This document shows, in pieces, positions 62,120 to 64,000 of a DNA stretch of 64,000 nt. Origin of the DNA: the human T2T-CHM13v2.0 reference genome, Homo sapiens; assembly GCF_009914755.1 (NCBI RefSeq), contig NC_060929.1. One strand, given 5' to 3'. Made by a program: the position numbers and the translations under genes. Each line of letters opens with the position of its first letter. Position 1 is the stretch's first letter. The notes under the pieces are model-generated. The model did no database searches, had not been told where the DNA came from, and saw nothing but the letters and a program-made list of their open reading frames with translations.

Positions 62120-62335
62120 TGAGAGTCATAGACCTGGATTTGGGTTTCTGCTGTGTCATTAAGTTCTTGCAAACCAGGCAAGTCATGTAACCTTTCTGGT
62201 CCCCAGTTGTCTTCTCTGTAAAATGAAGCTGTTAAGAGCTCTGATCTCATCACGTTGCCATGAGAAAGGAATAGGACAAGGTCCAGGAGGGAGCTTGCAT
62301 ATAATGAGTGCTAGGAAATGTCAGCTATCATTATC
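62120..62335 (+). mobile_element. MIR
   Basis: GACCTGGATTTG...GGCAAGTCATGTAACCTTTCTG...CTGTAAAATG. Confidence 0.75.
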
Positions 62336-63474
62336 CTTGTTAATATGAACCTGTGTTTAGTGGGTTGATTTTCTGAACTTTGATAGCAGTTGGGGTTTCA
62401 CGGAGCATTTGGGATGAATAAACAAGCATCTCTGGATAGCTGTTGTGTAGACACTATATGAGGTACTTCATAATCATTTTGTATTTGCTGTTCCTCTATC
62501 ATATGGGCTAGATGAACACCTCTCCTTCTTCTCCAGCCAAGAGAAGTGTGATGCAGAGAGAATGGACAGCTTACCAAAGCAAATCTGTGGCTTAGTCAAT
62601 AATAAAACCCTCAGTCCCGAAATACCAGTTTATAATGTCATCCCCATTTCCAAGGGGCCCAGCCTCCCTCAAAACATTAAAAAATAAAAAGGACAAAACT
62701 CACATTTCTACTAGACAGACAATATCCCGGCATCTCTGGAAGAACAGTTAGCAATCCCAGCATGCGGGTTTGTGTATTAAGGTGCTTGGATATGAAGAAG
62801 GAATGTCAACCCTGTGGAGCTCATTTCATATGTCAGACTCCATTCTGGATCTTGAAAGGGGGCCATGGAGGCCCCAGCATGCCCCAAGCACCACGCAGGA
62901 AGCAGGCAGGGGAGCAGGGCCCAGGATATGCAAAGCGACCCAGTTGGTATCACAGCCAAAGGGCAGGAAGAAAACAGTCACTTGCCCCAGTGCTAGCCTT
63001 CAAGGGCCAAGTTTTTGCAGAGCCTACACTAGGACAATGTAAAACTTGTTTCTTTTTGCATTTTTTCTTTTTAAGGATGTGGTCTATTTCTAGAGGTTCC
63101 ATGTACTTGCCAGCTCCCTTTGATCCCACATAAACAGTCCAAAAGGAACCATTCTCCCATTTGCACTGTTTGCTCCCTGTTTCAGCACCACCGATGGCTC
63201 TCATGGTCCTGTGACCACATCATTAGTATTCTACACCTGGCTCCACTCACAACCCAGCTGTTGGCAGGCAAAGGAGTCCTCCTTTATGGGAAGGAGATGA
63301 TGCAAGAGAACATCACCAAAGGCCCCAGGACATGACTGGTGTCTGATAAGGGAGGAAAAGGCTTGGAGGTGAGTTAAAATCTTGAATCCAAGAAGCTATA
63401 CTAAGAGATAAGTCTGCCTTGGTATCTAGCATCTTCAGGAAGGTGCACATTGCAGTCAAGATGTCATTTATCAG

Positions 63475-63759
<285 letters not shown>

Positions 63760-64000
63760 TCATGAGGCTAGAGATAGTTGCCAATAACTATGTCAGTAAA
63801 CTCATCCGTCAAACATGGCCTCTCAAGGGAGTTTTCTTTAACTTTGGCAGGTAGCTCAAAACATGGTTTGCTTTTATCCCTTCAACTCCTCATGGTTTTT
63901 CTCCTTGTTTCTTTTTTTCTAACTGACCTTTCAAAGCCATTTATATCCTTCATGTCCACTGCCCCCTGTCATGTTTAGAGATTAAAGAATCACTATGTTG

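Overview
This is human (primate) genomic DNA covering the 3' part of FGF1 (acidic FGF) on the minus strand. All three coding exons are intact: 49373-49205, 36055-35952 and 30734-30540, giving 468 nt and 155 aa. A ~3.1 kb 3' UTR follows, ending near an AATAAA at 27446-27451. A probable upstream non-coding exon/promoter (1D-type) lies at ~56545-56750. Positions 1-27400 are repeat-dense sequence downstream of the gene (Alu, L1, L2, MIR, LTR, DNA transposons) with a few candidate + strand exons. All other ORFs in the track look like Alu translations or chance ORFs. I found no convincing new biological system. The best leads are an L2-embedded, CArG-containing promoter whose exon supplies an in-frame uORF ending 3 nt before the FGF1 ATG, inverted Alus around the skippable exon 2, a tandemly triplicated Alu arm, a perfect 30-bp palindrome, an LTR-borne CTCF motif and possible antisense exons. 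Repeat subfamily names come from recalled consensus sequences, not from a search, and repeat boundaries are approximate.
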